A stretch of 64,000 nucleotides of DNA from Chloroflexota bacterium (GTDB lineage Bacteria; Chloroflexota; Dehalococcoidia; UBA2979). The stretch spans positions 103,132 to 167,131 of the forward strand of contig JAQCIU010000001.1 in NCBI GenBank assembly GCA_027593235.1, given 5' to 3'. Below, in pieces: positions 48,923 to 58,664 of this stretch. How positions within the stretch are numbered: position 1 is the first letter of the stretch; each line of letters starts with the position of its first letter. The translations under genes were made by a program, and so were the position numbers. The notes beneath the pieces are model-generated. The model was not told the origin of the DNA and searched no databases. It saw nothing but the letters and a program-made list of their open reading frames with translations.

Positions 48923-49759
48923 ATGAACGTCGGCTGGTGGTGCTCGGCGCAGAAGGGCCCGTGGTCCTGGGCGCCGCAATACTTCCCGGGCATCTGGTTG
49001 ACGATGCTCGCGATCCTCGTGGGCTACGTGTACGCGATCCGTCGCATCGGGCCCTCGAAGGTGGCGGCGGGCGAGCCGGTGGTGACGCGATCGCAGGTGC
49101 TGTCGTTCGCCGTGGGGTACGTGCTGCTCTGGATCGCGACGGACTGGCCGCTGGGCGTGTTGGGCGCGGGGTACCTGCTGACCGTGCACACGATCCAGTA
49201 CGTGATGTACTCGCTGATCGTCGCGCCGCTGCTGATCCGAGGCACGCCAATCTGGCTACGCCACGTGGTGCTGGACGCGCCGGGCCTCGGCTGGGCGCGG
49301 GCCCTCGTGGACCGGCCATTCGCGGCCTTCATCCTGTTCAACGTCACGCTCGCGCTGACGCACATGCCGTTCATCGCGGACCGGCTCAAACCGATCCAGT
49401 TCGGCTCGATGGCGATCGACGCGCTCTGGCTGGTCGCGGCGCTGATCTTCTGGTTGGCCCTCGGCACCTTCGACGAGCGCGAGGGCGCCTCGTCGGCGCA
49501 CGCGAAGCGGCTGCTCTACGTCATTGGCATCACGCTGCTGCCGACGATCCCAGGCGCGTTCTATGTCTACGCCGAGTTCCCGATCTACACGACGTTCGAG
49601 TTTGCGACGCGCGCGGTGGGCGATCTGACGGCGAAGGAAGATCAGGTGATCGCGGGCCTGGTGATGTGGGTCGGGATGACACCGATCCTGCTCTTCCGCC
49701 TGTGGCTGGCTTTCTTCGATTGGTCCGCAGCCGAATCAAACCGCGCCGGCGAAGTCTGA
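48923..49759 (+). CDS. ctaG: CtaG/caa3-type cytochrome oxidase assembly protein (intact paralogue)
   Basis: PQYFPGIWLTMLAILVGYVYAIRR...TDWPLGVLGAGYLLTVHTIQYVMYSLIVAPLLIRGTPIW. Confidence 0.85.
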   Translation: MNVGWWCSAQKGPWSWAPQYFPGIWLTMLAILVGYVYAIRRIGPSKVAAGEPVVTRSQVLSFAVGYVLLWIATDWPLGVLGAGYLLTVHTIQYVMYSLIVAPLLIRGTPIWLRHVVLDAPGLGWARALVDRPFAAFILFNVTLALTHMPFIADRLKPIQFGSMAIDALWLVAALIFWLALGTFDEREGASSAHAKRLLYVIGITLLPTIPGAFYVYAEFPIYTTFEFATRAVGDLTAKEDQVIAGLVMWVGMTPILLFRLWLAFFDWSAAESNRAGEV

Positions 49760-49884
49760 CCCGCGGCTTCTACGGCGCCTTCGGCGCGTGACGACCCTTC
49801 GGGGGCGTGCCGACGTGGCTCGGCGGTTGCTTCGGGCCTCGAGGGCTGCTTGCTCGTTCGGAGCGGAGCGCGGGAGCGCGGCTC

Positions 49885-50589
49885 CTAGACCAACTCGTGC
49901 TGGGCGGAGACGGCCATCAGGTCGACCTTCGCGCGGAACTCGTCGACGTCGAGGCTCATGATCTGGAGATCGTGGAGCTGGCCGTCGCGATCGATGAGCT
50001 GGTTGCGGAGGCGTGCTTCGCGTTCGAAGCCGATGTGGCCAAAGACGCGCATCGCCGCCTGCTGGTCGGTGGTCATCTGCGCGATCATCTTGCGCACGCC
50101 ACGCTCGCGGGCGAAGGCGAATGCCTGCTCGATCAGCAAGCGGCCGAGCTGCTGTCCGCGCATCCGAGGGCTGACGAGGATCCGCAGCTCCGCGACGTGG
50201 CGCGTCCAGGCGAGGCCGTCCGACGCCACCGTGGCGTAGCCGACGATCTCATTGTCCTTGAGCGCGAGGATCGTGAGGTAGCGCGCCGCGGCGATGTCGG
50301 CTACCCAGTCGTCGACGACTTCGGGCTGCGTGATGTCACGGCGCAGGAAGAGCAGATCGTGGGGCGGCAGGCTGTTCGCGAAGACGAGCATCGCCTCGCG
50401 GTCGCGGGACTCCATCGGACGGAGACTGATCGGGCCACCGCTCAGTTCGACCGTGGCGGGAAACTCGAACGGCTCCAGCCGTTGCGCGGCAGCCTGGTTC
50501 GCGACGCGCCAGCTCCGGCCAGCGAGTAGTGACATCAACGTGTCGCCGAATCCCATCAGGGTGCCTCCCGCGTCATCGCGCTTATGCAT
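49885..50589 (-). CDS. GNAT family N-acetyltransferase
   Basis: TVELSGGPISLRPMESRDREAMLVFA...VSPRMRGQQLGRLLIEQAFAFARERG. Confidence 0.9.
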   Translation of the reverse strand: MHKRDDAGGTLMGFGDTLMSLLAGRSWRVANQAAAQRLEPFEFPATVELSGGPISLRPMESRDREAMLVFANSLPPHDLLFLRRDITQPEVVDDWVADIAAARYLTILALKDNEIVGYATVASDGLAWTRHVAELRILVSPRMRGQQLGRLLIEQAFAFARERGVRKMIAQMTTDQQAAMRVFGHIGFEREARLRNQLIDRDGQLHDLQIMSLDVDEFRAKVDLMAVSAQHELV

Positions 50590-50686
50590 TCAGTATGCGG
50601 GTCGGGGGGACGCGACTCGTGCCGGGGTTCACGAGCCGCCGTGCGTCGCTCACCGGCGTCTGACGGCCTCGGAACCGCCGATCGCG

Positions 50687-51595
50687 CTAACCCTGACTGC
50701 GCAGGAACGCGCCGATCTCGAGGATCGCGGCGCGGCTCTCCGGAAGTTCGGGATCGAGCTGCGGGTAGATGTGGATGCCGCCGGGCTCGACCGTGACCGT
50801 GGTGCGAACGCCGGCCGCGCGCGCCTTGTCGGCGAACTCCAGCGTGTCGTCGAGCAGCACCTCGTGATCGGCAACCACCAGGTGGATCGGCGGGAAGCCG
50901 GCGAGGTCACCGAACAGCGGCGACGCGAGTGGCTGCTTCAGATCGGCGTCGCCCATGTACTGCGTCTGGAACCCGGCCAGCAGCGCCGGATCAACGAACA
51001 ACGGATCGATCCCGTGGCGTGACTGGCGCGAGGGGCGGGTGTTGCTGACGTCGGTCCAGGCGGAGATGGAGAAAGCGGCACTCGGCGCCGGCGCTCCGGA
51101 GTCGCGCGCGTTGAGCACCGTGGCGAAGGTGAGGCCGCCACCCGCGGAGTCGCCGCCGATGAAGGAGGCGCTGGCGGCGGACGCGCCGTCCGGGCCGTTC
51201 GTGAGCATCCAGCGGTAAGCGGCGAGCGCGTCATCGACGGCCGCCGGGAAGGGGTGTTCCGGCGCGAGCCGGTAATCGAGGACCAGCGCGGCGCAGCCGG
51301 AGGCGCGGGAGATGTCCGCGGCAAGCCGGCGATGGGTGAGCGCGGAGAGCAGCACGTAGCCGCCACCGTGGAGGTAGAGGATGCGCCGTGCCGGGTCGGC
51401 GCCCGGCGCGACGACCCAGTCGGCGGGGACGCCGCCGGCATCCACGTGGGTGACCGTTACATCCTCGGGAGCCGGGCGCGCCATCGAGTCCGCGCCGGCA
51501 CGCATCGTTGCGAGGTCCGGGCGCGGCTGATCGGCGGCAGCCGCCATTTGCTCGGCGCGCGTCTTGAGGAACGCCTGCATTGCTGGTGAGTTCAT
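50687..51595 (-). CDS. Alpha/beta hydrolase (HSL-like esterase)
   Basis: RRILYLHGGGYVLLSALTHRRLAADISRASG...FIGGDSAGGGLTFAT. Confidence 0.95.
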   Translation of the reverse strand: MNSPAMQAFLKTRAEQMAAAADQPRPDLATMRAGADSMARPAPEDVTVTHVDAGGVPADWVVAPGADPARRILYLHGGGYVLLSALTHRRLAADISRASGCAALVLDYRLAPEHPFPAAVDDALAAYRWMLTNGPDGASAASASFIGGDSAGGGLTFATVLNARDSGAPAPSAAFSISAWTDVSNTRPSRQSRHGIDPLFVDPALLAGFQTQYMGDADLKQPLASPLFGDLAGFPPIHLVVADHEVLLDDTLEFADKARAAGVRTTVTVEPGGIHIYPQLDPELPESRAAILEIGAFLRSQG

Positions 51596-51695
51596 CCGTC
51601 GGGCCTCCTCAGGCGATGCGATGTGAGCGATGCGCGTGCGTGTCCGGCACGTCCGGTAGTGTGACGAGCGTGATTCTGGCAGACCCGCCGGGATC

Positions 51696-52130
51696 GTGGG
51701 AACGGCGATTGGGGCGATTGTGGGCGATCCGGTGGCTTCCGAGGTGGTGGCAGGCGACTTCCTGGGCCTGATCGGCCTCGTGCCTCGTATCGAGGACGGC
51801 GCCCGCGTCTACGAGATCGCGGTCACCTCGGCGCTGATGAACCCCTACGGCGTGCTGCATGGCGGCGTGGTGTACTCGCTGGCGGACACCAGCATGGGCG
51901 GGGCGCTCTCGCCGGAACTGGCGCCGAACGAACGCACCGCGACGATCGAGATCACCATCCACTACCTGGCTCCCGTCCGCGCCGGCACGATCCGCGCGGA
52001 GACGAAGGTGGTGCAACGCGGTCGCCGCGTCGCCACGCTGGAGTCCGACGTGCACAACGTCACCCCCGATGGTGAGAGCCGGCTGGTCGCGAAGGCCCTC
52101 GGTTCGTTCGCGATCTTCGAGGTCAAATAG
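51696..52130 (+). CDS. PaaI-family hotdog thioesterase
   Basis: LMNPYGVLHGGVVYSLADTSMGGALSPELAPNERTATIEITIHYLAPVRAG. Confidence 0.9.
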   Translation: MGTAIGAIVGDPVASEVVAGDFLGLIGLVPRIEDGARVYEIAVTSALMNPYGVLHGGVVYSLADTSMGGALSPELAPNERTATIEITIHYLAPVRAGTIRAETKVVQRGRRVATLESDVHNVTPDGESRLVAKALGSFAIFEVK

Positions 52131-52133
52131 ACG

Positions 52134-53621
52134 ATGTTCGATCACGAGCGCGCGCTCCTCGCGATTGACCTCGGCACGACGCGGGTCAAGGTCGCCGCGT
52201 TCTCCGAGGATGGGCGGCTGCTGGGCCGCGAGGCGGCGCGCAACCGCGAGCACCGGCTGCGCGAGGGCGACAGCGACCGCGCCTGGCAGGATCCGGACGA
52301 GTGGTGGAGTGACGCCGTCGCGCTGACCCGCCGCCTGCTCGCGCGCCCGGAACTGGACGGGTTGGAGATCGCGGGCATCGGCCTGTCGGCACGCGCCAAC
52401 GGCTTCGCCGCGATCGACGCGGACGGCACGGTGCTCGCACCATCGTGGTCGGACGGGCGGCATCTCGATCAGATTCGCCTGCTGCACGAATGGCGTGCCA
52501 GCGGCTATCACCTCTCGAACTACGCCGCCGGCCTGATCGCGCGCTGGCGCTGGCTGGAGCAGAACGAGCCGGCGGTCGCCGAGCGCACCACCCGGCTGCT
52601 CTACGCCAAGGACTTCCTCGTCTACCGGCTGACCGGCGAGGCGGTGACCGACCCGACCTCCGGCCCGGATCGCGAGGACTTCGATCCGCGTTCGATCGCC
52701 GGGTTGGGGCTGCCGCGCGATCTGCTGCCGCGGGTGGCGATGCCGTGGACGCTCGCCGGCGCGCTGACCAGCGAGGCCGCGATCGCCCTCGGGCTTCCCG
52801 TCGGGACGCCGGTGTCGGTTGGCGGGCACGACGGAATCTGCGCCAACGTCGGCGCGGCGGCGGGCACCGTGGGCGCGTATGCGATCACCATCGGCACGCA
52901 CGCCGTGGTGCGCGCCGTGACGGCGGATCTCGTGCCGGACGGATACCGCTTCTACGGGCTGCCGCCTGATCGCCACATCTACGGCGGCAACGCGGTGATG
53001 GCAGGGCGCGCGGCGGACTGGTTCCTCGATACCTGGCTCGGGAACCCGGACGACGCCGGCCGCGAGGACGCCTTCGCGGCGATGGACGCGGCCGCGATGG
53101 GCGTTCCGCCCGGTTCCGAGGGAGTGCGCTTCCTCCCCTTCCTCGCCGGGCAGGTCGCACCGGAGCTGCGCCCGGGCGCCAGCGGCGCCTTCATTGGCCT
53201 CCACGGATCGCACGGCCGCGCCGAGATGTTCCGCGCGGTCCTGGAAGGCGGCGCGTTCGCGATTCGCGCGATCTTCGAGCAGGTCCTCGAATGGGGCGGC
53301 GAGCCCTCGGTGGTGCGGTTCACGGGGAGCGGCGCGACCAGCCCGCTCTGGCCGCAGATCATCGTGGACACGCTGCGGCACCCGGTCGAAGCGACCGATG
53401 GCGCGGTCGAGGCCCGCGGCGCGGCGATGTATGCGGCGGTCGCCCTCGAGATGTACGCCGACATCGATGAGGCGGCGCAGGCGATGGTGCAGGTGTCGCG
53501 CGTGGTCACGCCCGACACCGCGCGCGCCGATCGCTATGACGCGCTCTACGGCGACTGGCAGCAGGTGAACGAGGCGCTGCGCCCGCTCGATCAGCGTGAG
53601 CGGATGACGGGGCACCTCTAG
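52134..53621 (+). CDS. FGGY family carbohydrate kinase
   Basis: ERALLAIDLGTTRVKVAAFSEDGRLLGREA...VSVGGHDGICANVGAAAGTVGAYAITIGTHAV. Confidence 0.92.
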   Translation: MFDHERALLAIDLGTTRVKVAAFSEDGRLLGREAARNREHRLREGDSDRAWQDPDEWWSDAVALTRRLLARPELDGLEIAGIGLSARANGFAAIDADGTVLAPSWSDGRHLDQIRLLHEWRASGYHLSNYAAGLIARWRWLEQNEPAVAERTTRLLYAKDFLVYRLTGEAVTDPTSGPDREDFDPRSIAGLGLPRDLLPRVAMPWTLAGALTSEAAIALGLPVGTPVSVGGHDGICANVGAAAGTVGAYAITIGTHAVVRAVTADLVPDGYRFYGLPPDRHIYGGNAVMAGRAADWFLDTWLGNPDDAGREDAFAAMDAAAMGVPPGSEGVRFLPFLAGQVAPELRPGASGAFIGLHGSHGRAEMFRAVLEGGAFAIRAIFEQVLEWGGEPSVVRFTGSGATSPLWPQIIVDTLRHPVEATDGAVEARGAAMYAAVALEMYADIDEAAQAMVQVSRVVTPDTARADRYDALYGDWQQVNEALRPLDQRERMTGHL

Positions 53622-53657
53622 GCGAGCCGCACGCTCGAGGGAAGGACGACTTCAGAC

Positions 53658-54284
53658 ATGTCGATCGAGTTCCTGCTGACCTCGTTGATCGTCGTCGTGA
53701 TCCCCGGGACCGGCGTGCTGTACACCGTGTCGAGTGCCCTCGGTGGTGGCCTGCGCGTCGGCCTCTTCGCCGCAGTCGGTTGCACGCTCGGCATCGTGCC
53801 GCACCTGCTGGCGGCGATGCTCGGGCTCTCCGGGATCATGCAAGCGGGCGCCGCCGCCTTCGAGGTGCTGCGCTACGCCGGCGTCGCCTACCTGATCTAC
53901 ATGGGCATCTCGATGATCCGCGACCGCGGTGCATTCCAGTTCGACGGTCAGCCCGCTGACCGCGAGCGCGCACGCGGACCGATGCTCGCCGTGGTCCGGC
54001 GCGGGATTCTGCTCAACGTGCTCAACCCGAAGCTGACGATCTTCTTTTTCGCCTTCTTGCCGCAGTTCCTCGATCGCTCGGCCGGCCCGCTCGATCCGCG
54101 GCTGGTCGGTCTCGCAGGGGTGTTCATGGCGATGACGCTGGCGGTCTTCGCCGGGTACGCCTACGCGAGCGCCGCGGCGCGCGAGTTCGTCCTCGGCGCT
54201 CCCGCCGTTCGACGGTGGATCCAACGCTCACTCGGCGCGCTGCTGATCGGCTTCGCGGCAAAGCTTGCAACCACGGATCGGTAG
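53658..54284 (+). CDS. LysE family translocator
   Basis: FLLTSLIVVVIPGTGVLYTVSSALGGGLRVGLFAAVGCTLGIVPHL. Confidence 0.92.
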   Translation: MSIEFLLTSLIVVVIPGTGVLYTVSSALGGGLRVGLFAAVGCTLGIVPHLLAAMLGLSGIMQAGAAAFEVLRYAGVAYLIYMGISMIRDRGAFQFDGQPADRERARGPMLAVVRRGILLNVLNPKLTIFFFAFLPQFLDRSAGPLDPRLVGLAGVFMAMTLAVFAGYAYASAAAREFVLGAPAVRRWIQRSLGALLIGFAAKLATTDR

Positions 54285-54293
54285 GACGCTCCG

Positions 54294-55439
54294 ATGACCA
54301 CCACACTGATCGAGGGCGGCACGCTGATCGACGTCGCCACCGGCACGAGCGCCCTCGGTGACGTGCTGATCCGCGACGGCGTGGTCGTCGGCCTCGGCGC
54401 GGTCGATGCCACCGCGGTGGACACGCGCTTCGATGCCGGCGGGATGTACGTGTCGCCCGGCTGGATCGATGGCCACAGCCGCGGCTGGAGCGGCAACCGC
54501 ACGCGAGAGCAGAACCTGCGCGCCGACCAGTTCGGCGTGGATCAGGGCGTGGTCGCGATCGTCGAAGCCGGATCGATGGGTGCGCCGACCGCCGACGAGT
54601 TCCCCGCCGGAATGATCGAGGGCGCGTCGACGAAGGTGTTCGGCGCGATCAACATCGGATCCAGCGGCGCGCCGGGCCTCGAGGGCGGCCACTCATCGAG
54701 GTGGGAGTACGTTTCGCTGGAGCAGACCGTCGCCGCGGTGGAGCTCCACCGCGACTGGATGCGCGGCATCAAGGTGCAGGCGTCCTCATCGCACACCGGC
54801 CTGCTCGGCCTCGAAGCGGTGAAGATCGCGCGCAAGGCGGCGGAGCTGACCGGGCTGCCGCTGATGGCGCACATCGGCAACGCACCCCCGCTGCTGGAGG
54901 ACGTGCTCGCGCTGCTGCGCCGCGGCGACATCGTCACGCACACGTACCACGGCAAAGTCGGCGGCATCCTCGAGCGTGACGGGACGCCGATCCGCGCCTT
55001 CCTCGAAGCCGTCGAGCGCGGTGTGATCGTGGCGACGAGCCACGGGCGAGCGTCGTACTCGTTCGCGGTGGCGGAGCGCGCGGTGAAGGAACTGGGCCTG
55101 CCGCTGGACATCATCTCCACCGACATGCACCCCGGGAACATCGAGCACTACTCGCGCTCGATCGCCCACAACCTGACCAAGGCGCTGATGCTCGGCCTCT
55201 CGATTGAGCAGGTCGTCCAGGCCGTCACCATCAACCCCGCGCGCGCCTGGCGCCTCGATGCCGATGGCCTCGGCAGCCTCGCCGTCGGCCGGCCGGCGCA
55301 TGTCACCGTCTTCCGCGTCAACGACGAACCACTCGAGGTGACGGACACCCTCGACGAGGTGCGCACCGCGCCGCGCTGGGTAGAACCGGTCGCCGCCTGG
55401 GTCGACGGCCGCCGCTTCGATCGCACGGCGCCGATCTAG
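54294..55439 (+). CDS. Amidohydrolase/deacetylase-like metallohydrolase
   Basis: LIEGGTLIDVATGTSALGDVLIRDGVVVGLG...LPLDIISTDMHPGNIEHYSRS. Confidence 0.85.
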   Translation: MTTTLIEGGTLIDVATGTSALGDVLIRDGVVVGLGAVDATAVDTRFDAGGMYVSPGWIDGHSRGWSGNRTREQNLRADQFGVDQGVVAIVEAGSMGAPTADEFPAGMIEGASTKVFGAINIGSSGAPGLEGGHSSRWEYVSLEQTVAAVELHRDWMRGIKVQASSSHTGLLGLEAVKIARKAAELTGLPLMAHIGNAPPLLEDVLALLRRGDIVTHTYHGKVGGILERDGTPIRAFLEAVERGVIVATSHGRASYSFAVAERAVKELGLPLDIISTDMHPGNIEHYSRSIAHNLTKALMLGLSIEQVVQAVTINPARAWRLDADGLGSLAVGRPAHVTVFRVNDEPLEVTDTLDEVRTAPRWVEPVAAWVDGRRFDRTAPI

Positions 55440-55647
55440 GGGTCGCCGGCGGCGCTCCGCCCTCGAGGCGCGTGCCCCGATCCGATCACGGACGATCTAC
55501 ACTCCGCTCGCTCCGCGCATCGAGCGGACCGTCCTCGTTCCCGTCGCGCTCGTGCGTTGCACCCGACGATCTCCGGCCTCTGGTCACCGCCGCCGGTCGT
55601 CGTGATCGAGGTGACCGAGCGTCGCAATCCTCGGAGGGAGGTGCGTC

Positions 55648-56757
55648 ATGCCAGATCCCAGCCTCGCCGAACGGCTCGATCAGCTCAAAGAAGCGGTCGA
55701 CGCCATCAAGGAGGCCCAGGAGGCTGCCGAGGGCGTCGAGGACATTGCCGACCAACTCGACGAGTTGACACGCCGGATCGACGAGGCGCGCGACGATCCC
55801 GACGCGCTCGATGCGGATACCTACGCCGACCTCGCGCTCGACCTGATGCTGGTGATTCCGAACAACCTGCCGCTTCCGGACGCCGCGAAGAAAGCGATCG
55901 AAGCGGTGGCAAGTGCGATTGCCGCCTTTATCCAGGGCGCGACGGGGCTCGCACTCTCGCTGCTCGCGCGGCGGTTCCGCGATCACCTCAAGGCGGGGAT
56001 GACGCCGGAAGAGGCAGCGCGGGCAGCGACGAACACGAAGGCTGAACGCAGCTGGCTGCTCACGCAGTTCCGCCTCGGCAAGGTGACGGCAGCCGGCGAT
56101 ACCCGCGAGGTCAAGACCCCCACGGAATGGCTATGGGAGAAGTTCAAGGGCATCCTTTCCGCCCTTACCGGCGGGCTGCTGATGGATCGGTCGCCGTTGC
56201 TGGTCGGCGCGGTGTTGGTGTTCCTGGTGGCGCTCGTCACATTCCTCCTCATCGGGCCATTCGGGTTACTCGGCGGCGGTGGCGGCGACGTGCCAGCGGA
56301 CGCCACCGAAGTGCCCACGGCCGCGCCGACCGAGAGCCCTGCGGCGACCGCGGCGACGAGCGAATCGCCTTCGCCGACGCCGACCGCGGCGCCAACGGAA
56401 GCAATCGCGAACCAGATGCCAGTAATCGCCGGCATCCAGGTCACGCTGCGGGTCCCGGTGACGACCTACCTCGTCAACGTGTCCGATCCGGACGGCGACG
56501 CCCTGAGCTTCAACTGGGGAATCGCCGGGGAGAACTGCGGCACCCCACGATCACCGCTGATCCAACCGGGCTCGTCCGCGTCGTTCTCATGGAGTCACAG
56601 CACGGATGCGCCCGACTCGTGTAAACACGCGTCGACCGATCACGCGGTGACCGTCTCCGTCGATGTCATCGAAGCCGGGGTGCCTCGGTGGTCGTGCATC
56701 ATCGAGGGCACCGAAACGCAGACGCTGACCGCGTCCGCCTGCGAGCCGATCCGCTGA
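55648..56757 (+). CDS. Modular membrane protein: cytoplasmic coiled coil, TM, Pro/Thr/Ala linker, secreted Ig-like/PKD-like domain
   Basis: LDQLKEAVDAIKEAQEAAEGVEDIADQLDELTRRIDEARDD...LLVGAVLVFLVALVTFLLIGPFGLL...TEVPTAAPTESPAATAATSESPSPTPTAAPTE...YLVNVSDPDGDALSFNWGI. Confidence 0.6.
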   Translation: MPDPSLAERLDQLKEAVDAIKEAQEAAEGVEDIADQLDELTRRIDEARDDPDALDADTYADLALDLMLVIPNNLPLPDAAKKAIEAVASAIAAFIQGATGLALSLLARRFRDHLKAGMTPEEAARAATNTKAERSWLLTQFRLGKVTAAGDTREVKTPTEWLWEKFKGILSALTGGLLMDRSPLLVGAVLVFLVALVTFLLIGPFGLLGGGGGDVPADATEVPTAAPTESPAATAATSESPSPTPTAAPTEAIANQMPVIAGIQVTLRVPVTTYLVNVSDPDGDALSFNWGIAGENCGTPRSPLIQPGSSASFSWSHSTDAPDSCKHASTDHAVTVSVDVIEAGVPRWSCIIEGTETQTLTASACEPIR

Positions 56758-56848
56758 GTACCGACCGCGCTCGAGCTGAGCGCGCCGCCGCAGCGGGCGG
56801 CACACTGGCAAGTGCATCGCACGGGGCGCTCCGCGTGAGAGGCCGAGG

Positions 56849-57961
56849 ATGACCAACATCTACGAACGGTTCGGCGTCACGTCGGTGATCAACGCCGCCG
56901 GCAAGATGACCGCCCTCGGTGGCACCGCCCAGCACGAGGACGTCGCGCGCGCCCAGGCCGAGGCGGCGCAATCGCACGTCGACCTCGCCGCGCTGCGCGC
57001 ACGCGCCGGCGAATTGATCTCGCAACGTACCGGCGCCGAGGCCGCCAGTGTCACGACCGGCGCCGCCGCCGGGATCGCGATCGCGACCGCCGCGGTCGTC
57101 GCTGGGGCGGACCCGGAGCGCCTCGCTCGCTTGCCGGATTCCGAGGGCTGGACCAACCGCGTGCTCGTTCAGGGCGGCCACTGGATCAGCTTCGGCGCGG
57201 CGGTCGAGCAGATGATCCGTATCGGCGGTGGGCGGCCGGAGCGGATCGGCTCGGCGCAGAACGTGCCCGAGGAGCTGCTCGGTGGGGCGCTGCACGACGG
57301 CACGCCGGTCGCCGCGCTGCTGTACGTGCAGTCGCACCACTCGGCGCAGGAGCGGATGGTCAGCCTCGAACGCTGCGTCGAGCTGGCGCATGGGGTCGGC
57401 GTCCCGGTAATCGTGGATGCCGCCGCCGAGGAAGACCTCCGCCGCTACATCGCGATCGGCTGCGACCTCGTCACCTACTCCGGCGGCAAGGCGTTCGGCG
57501 GGCCGACCGTCGGCTTCATCGCCGGCCGTCGCGACCTGATCGAGGCCTGCGAGGCGCAGACCCGCGGCATCGCCCGTCCGATGAAGGTCGGCAAGGAGCA
57601 GATCGCCGGATTGCTGGTCGCCCTCGAACGCTACGAGGCGGCGGACGAGGCGGCCGAGCTGGAGCGCCGCCGCCGCGTTAACGCCGTCGTCCGCGCAGCC
57701 CTCGAGGGCGTCGCCACCGCCGAGGCATCGATCCACCTCGATGAAGCGGGCCGCCCGATCGAGCGCGTCGCGATCCGCGCCGTCGACGGCGCCTTCGAGG
57801 TGCGCGACCTGGTCGCCTACCTCGAAAGCGGGTCGCCGAGCATTCGGACCCGCAACCACCACCTCGGCGAGGGGGTGGTCTTCCTCGATCCGCGGGAGGT
57901 CAGCGAGGGACAGGCACCGCTAATCGCGGCGCGGCTGCGGGAGTACTTCGCGCCGCGCTGA
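56849..57961 (+). CDS. SelA-like PLP-dependent enzyme (L-seryl-tRNA(Sec) selenium transferase-related)
   Basis: YERFGVTSVINAAGKMTALGGTAQHEDVARAQAEAAQSHVDLAALRARAGELISQRTGAEAASVTTGAAAGIAIATAAVVAG. Confidence 0.85.
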   Translation: MTNIYERFGVTSVINAAGKMTALGGTAQHEDVARAQAEAAQSHVDLAALRARAGELISQRTGAEAASVTTGAAAGIAIATAAVVAGADPERLARLPDSEGWTNRVLVQGGHWISFGAAVEQMIRIGGGRPERIGSAQNVPEELLGGALHDGTPVAALLYVQSHHSAQERMVSLERCVELAHGVGVPVIVDAAAEEDLRRYIAIGCDLVTYSGGKAFGGPTVGFIAGRRDLIEACEAQTRGIARPMKVGKEQIAGLLVALERYEAADEAAELERRRRVNAVVRAALEGVATAEASIHLDEAGRPIERVAIRAVDGAFEVRDLVAYLESGSPSIRTRNHHLGEGVVFLDPREVSEGQAPLIAARLREYFAPR

Positions 57962-57970
57962 CCCACGCTG

Positions 57971-58537
57971 CTACTGGCTCACCTCGGACGGTGCGGGAGC
58001 GGGCGCCAGGTGGGCGCGAACGTCGTCCGCGAAGGCGTCGACGTCGGCCCAGTCGGTGAGTTCGTGGTCGCGTGACATATCGGTGGGCTCGCCCTCTTTG
58101 CGGGCGATGGGGCGCATCACGCGCTTCTTGATGAAGCCGTACTGCGTGTACTTGATCGCGCCAGCGAACACGCCAACGACGTCCGGACTCCAGCCGGTCT
58201 GATCCATGAACTCGCTGGCATAGTCGGCGGCCTGCCCAGCGTATGGCTCGATTTCGGAGCCGGCGGCGCCGCTGACCGAGAAGAACGCCGAAGGCCGCGC
58301 TGTCAGCTCGTCGCGGTGCTGCCGCACGTAGGCCATCAGTTGCGATTCATGGTGGCCGAAGTGCACCGACCCGCCGATCGCGATCGCGTCGAAGTCCCGC
58401 AGGCTCACCGGCGCCTCGTCCATCGAGAAGACGTGGACGATCGCCTCGCGATCCGCGCGCAGTCGATCGGCGATATGGTGCGCGACCCGCGCGGTCTGGC
58501 CTTCGCGGGTGGTGTAGATAATCGCGAACTCACTCAT
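57971..58537 (-). CDS. Flavodoxin-domain protein (HemG-like)
   Basis: EFAIIYTTREGQTARVAHHIADRL...DFDAIAIGGSVHFGHHESQLMAYVRQH. Confidence 0.85.
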   Translation of the reverse strand: MSEFAIIYTTREGQTARVAHHIADRLRADREAIVHVFSMDEAPVSLRDFDAIAIGGSVHFGHHESQLMAYVRQHRDELTARPSAFFSVSGAAGSEIEPYAGQAADYASEFMDQTGWSPDVVGVFAGAIKYTQYGFIKKRVMRPIARKEGEPTDMSRDHELTDWADVDAFADDVRAHLAPAPAPSEVSQ

Positions 58538-58664
58538 GGGGCGCGCCTCCGTACTCAGGCAGCGTCCCAAGGCGGGCGGGCGGAGAGGAGGGCCGGAAGT
58601 CACGATGATGCTGTGCTGAAGGAACGAGGAAGTCCCACCTCGACCCCTGGCCGTGCGCTCGCCG

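Noticed and set aside
51609-53615. 668-aa ORF on the minus strand
   Set aside because: Shadow ORF antisense to clear thioesterase and FGGY kinase genes; His/Arg/Gly-rich low-complexity translation typical of high-GC antisense frames.
56849-57961. Evidence for selenocysteine incorporation from the SelA-like gene
   Set aside because: No selB, selC or selD in the window, and this SelA-like subgroup is commonly a metabolic PLP enzyme; the HicA TGA therefore should not be assumed to be selenocysteine.
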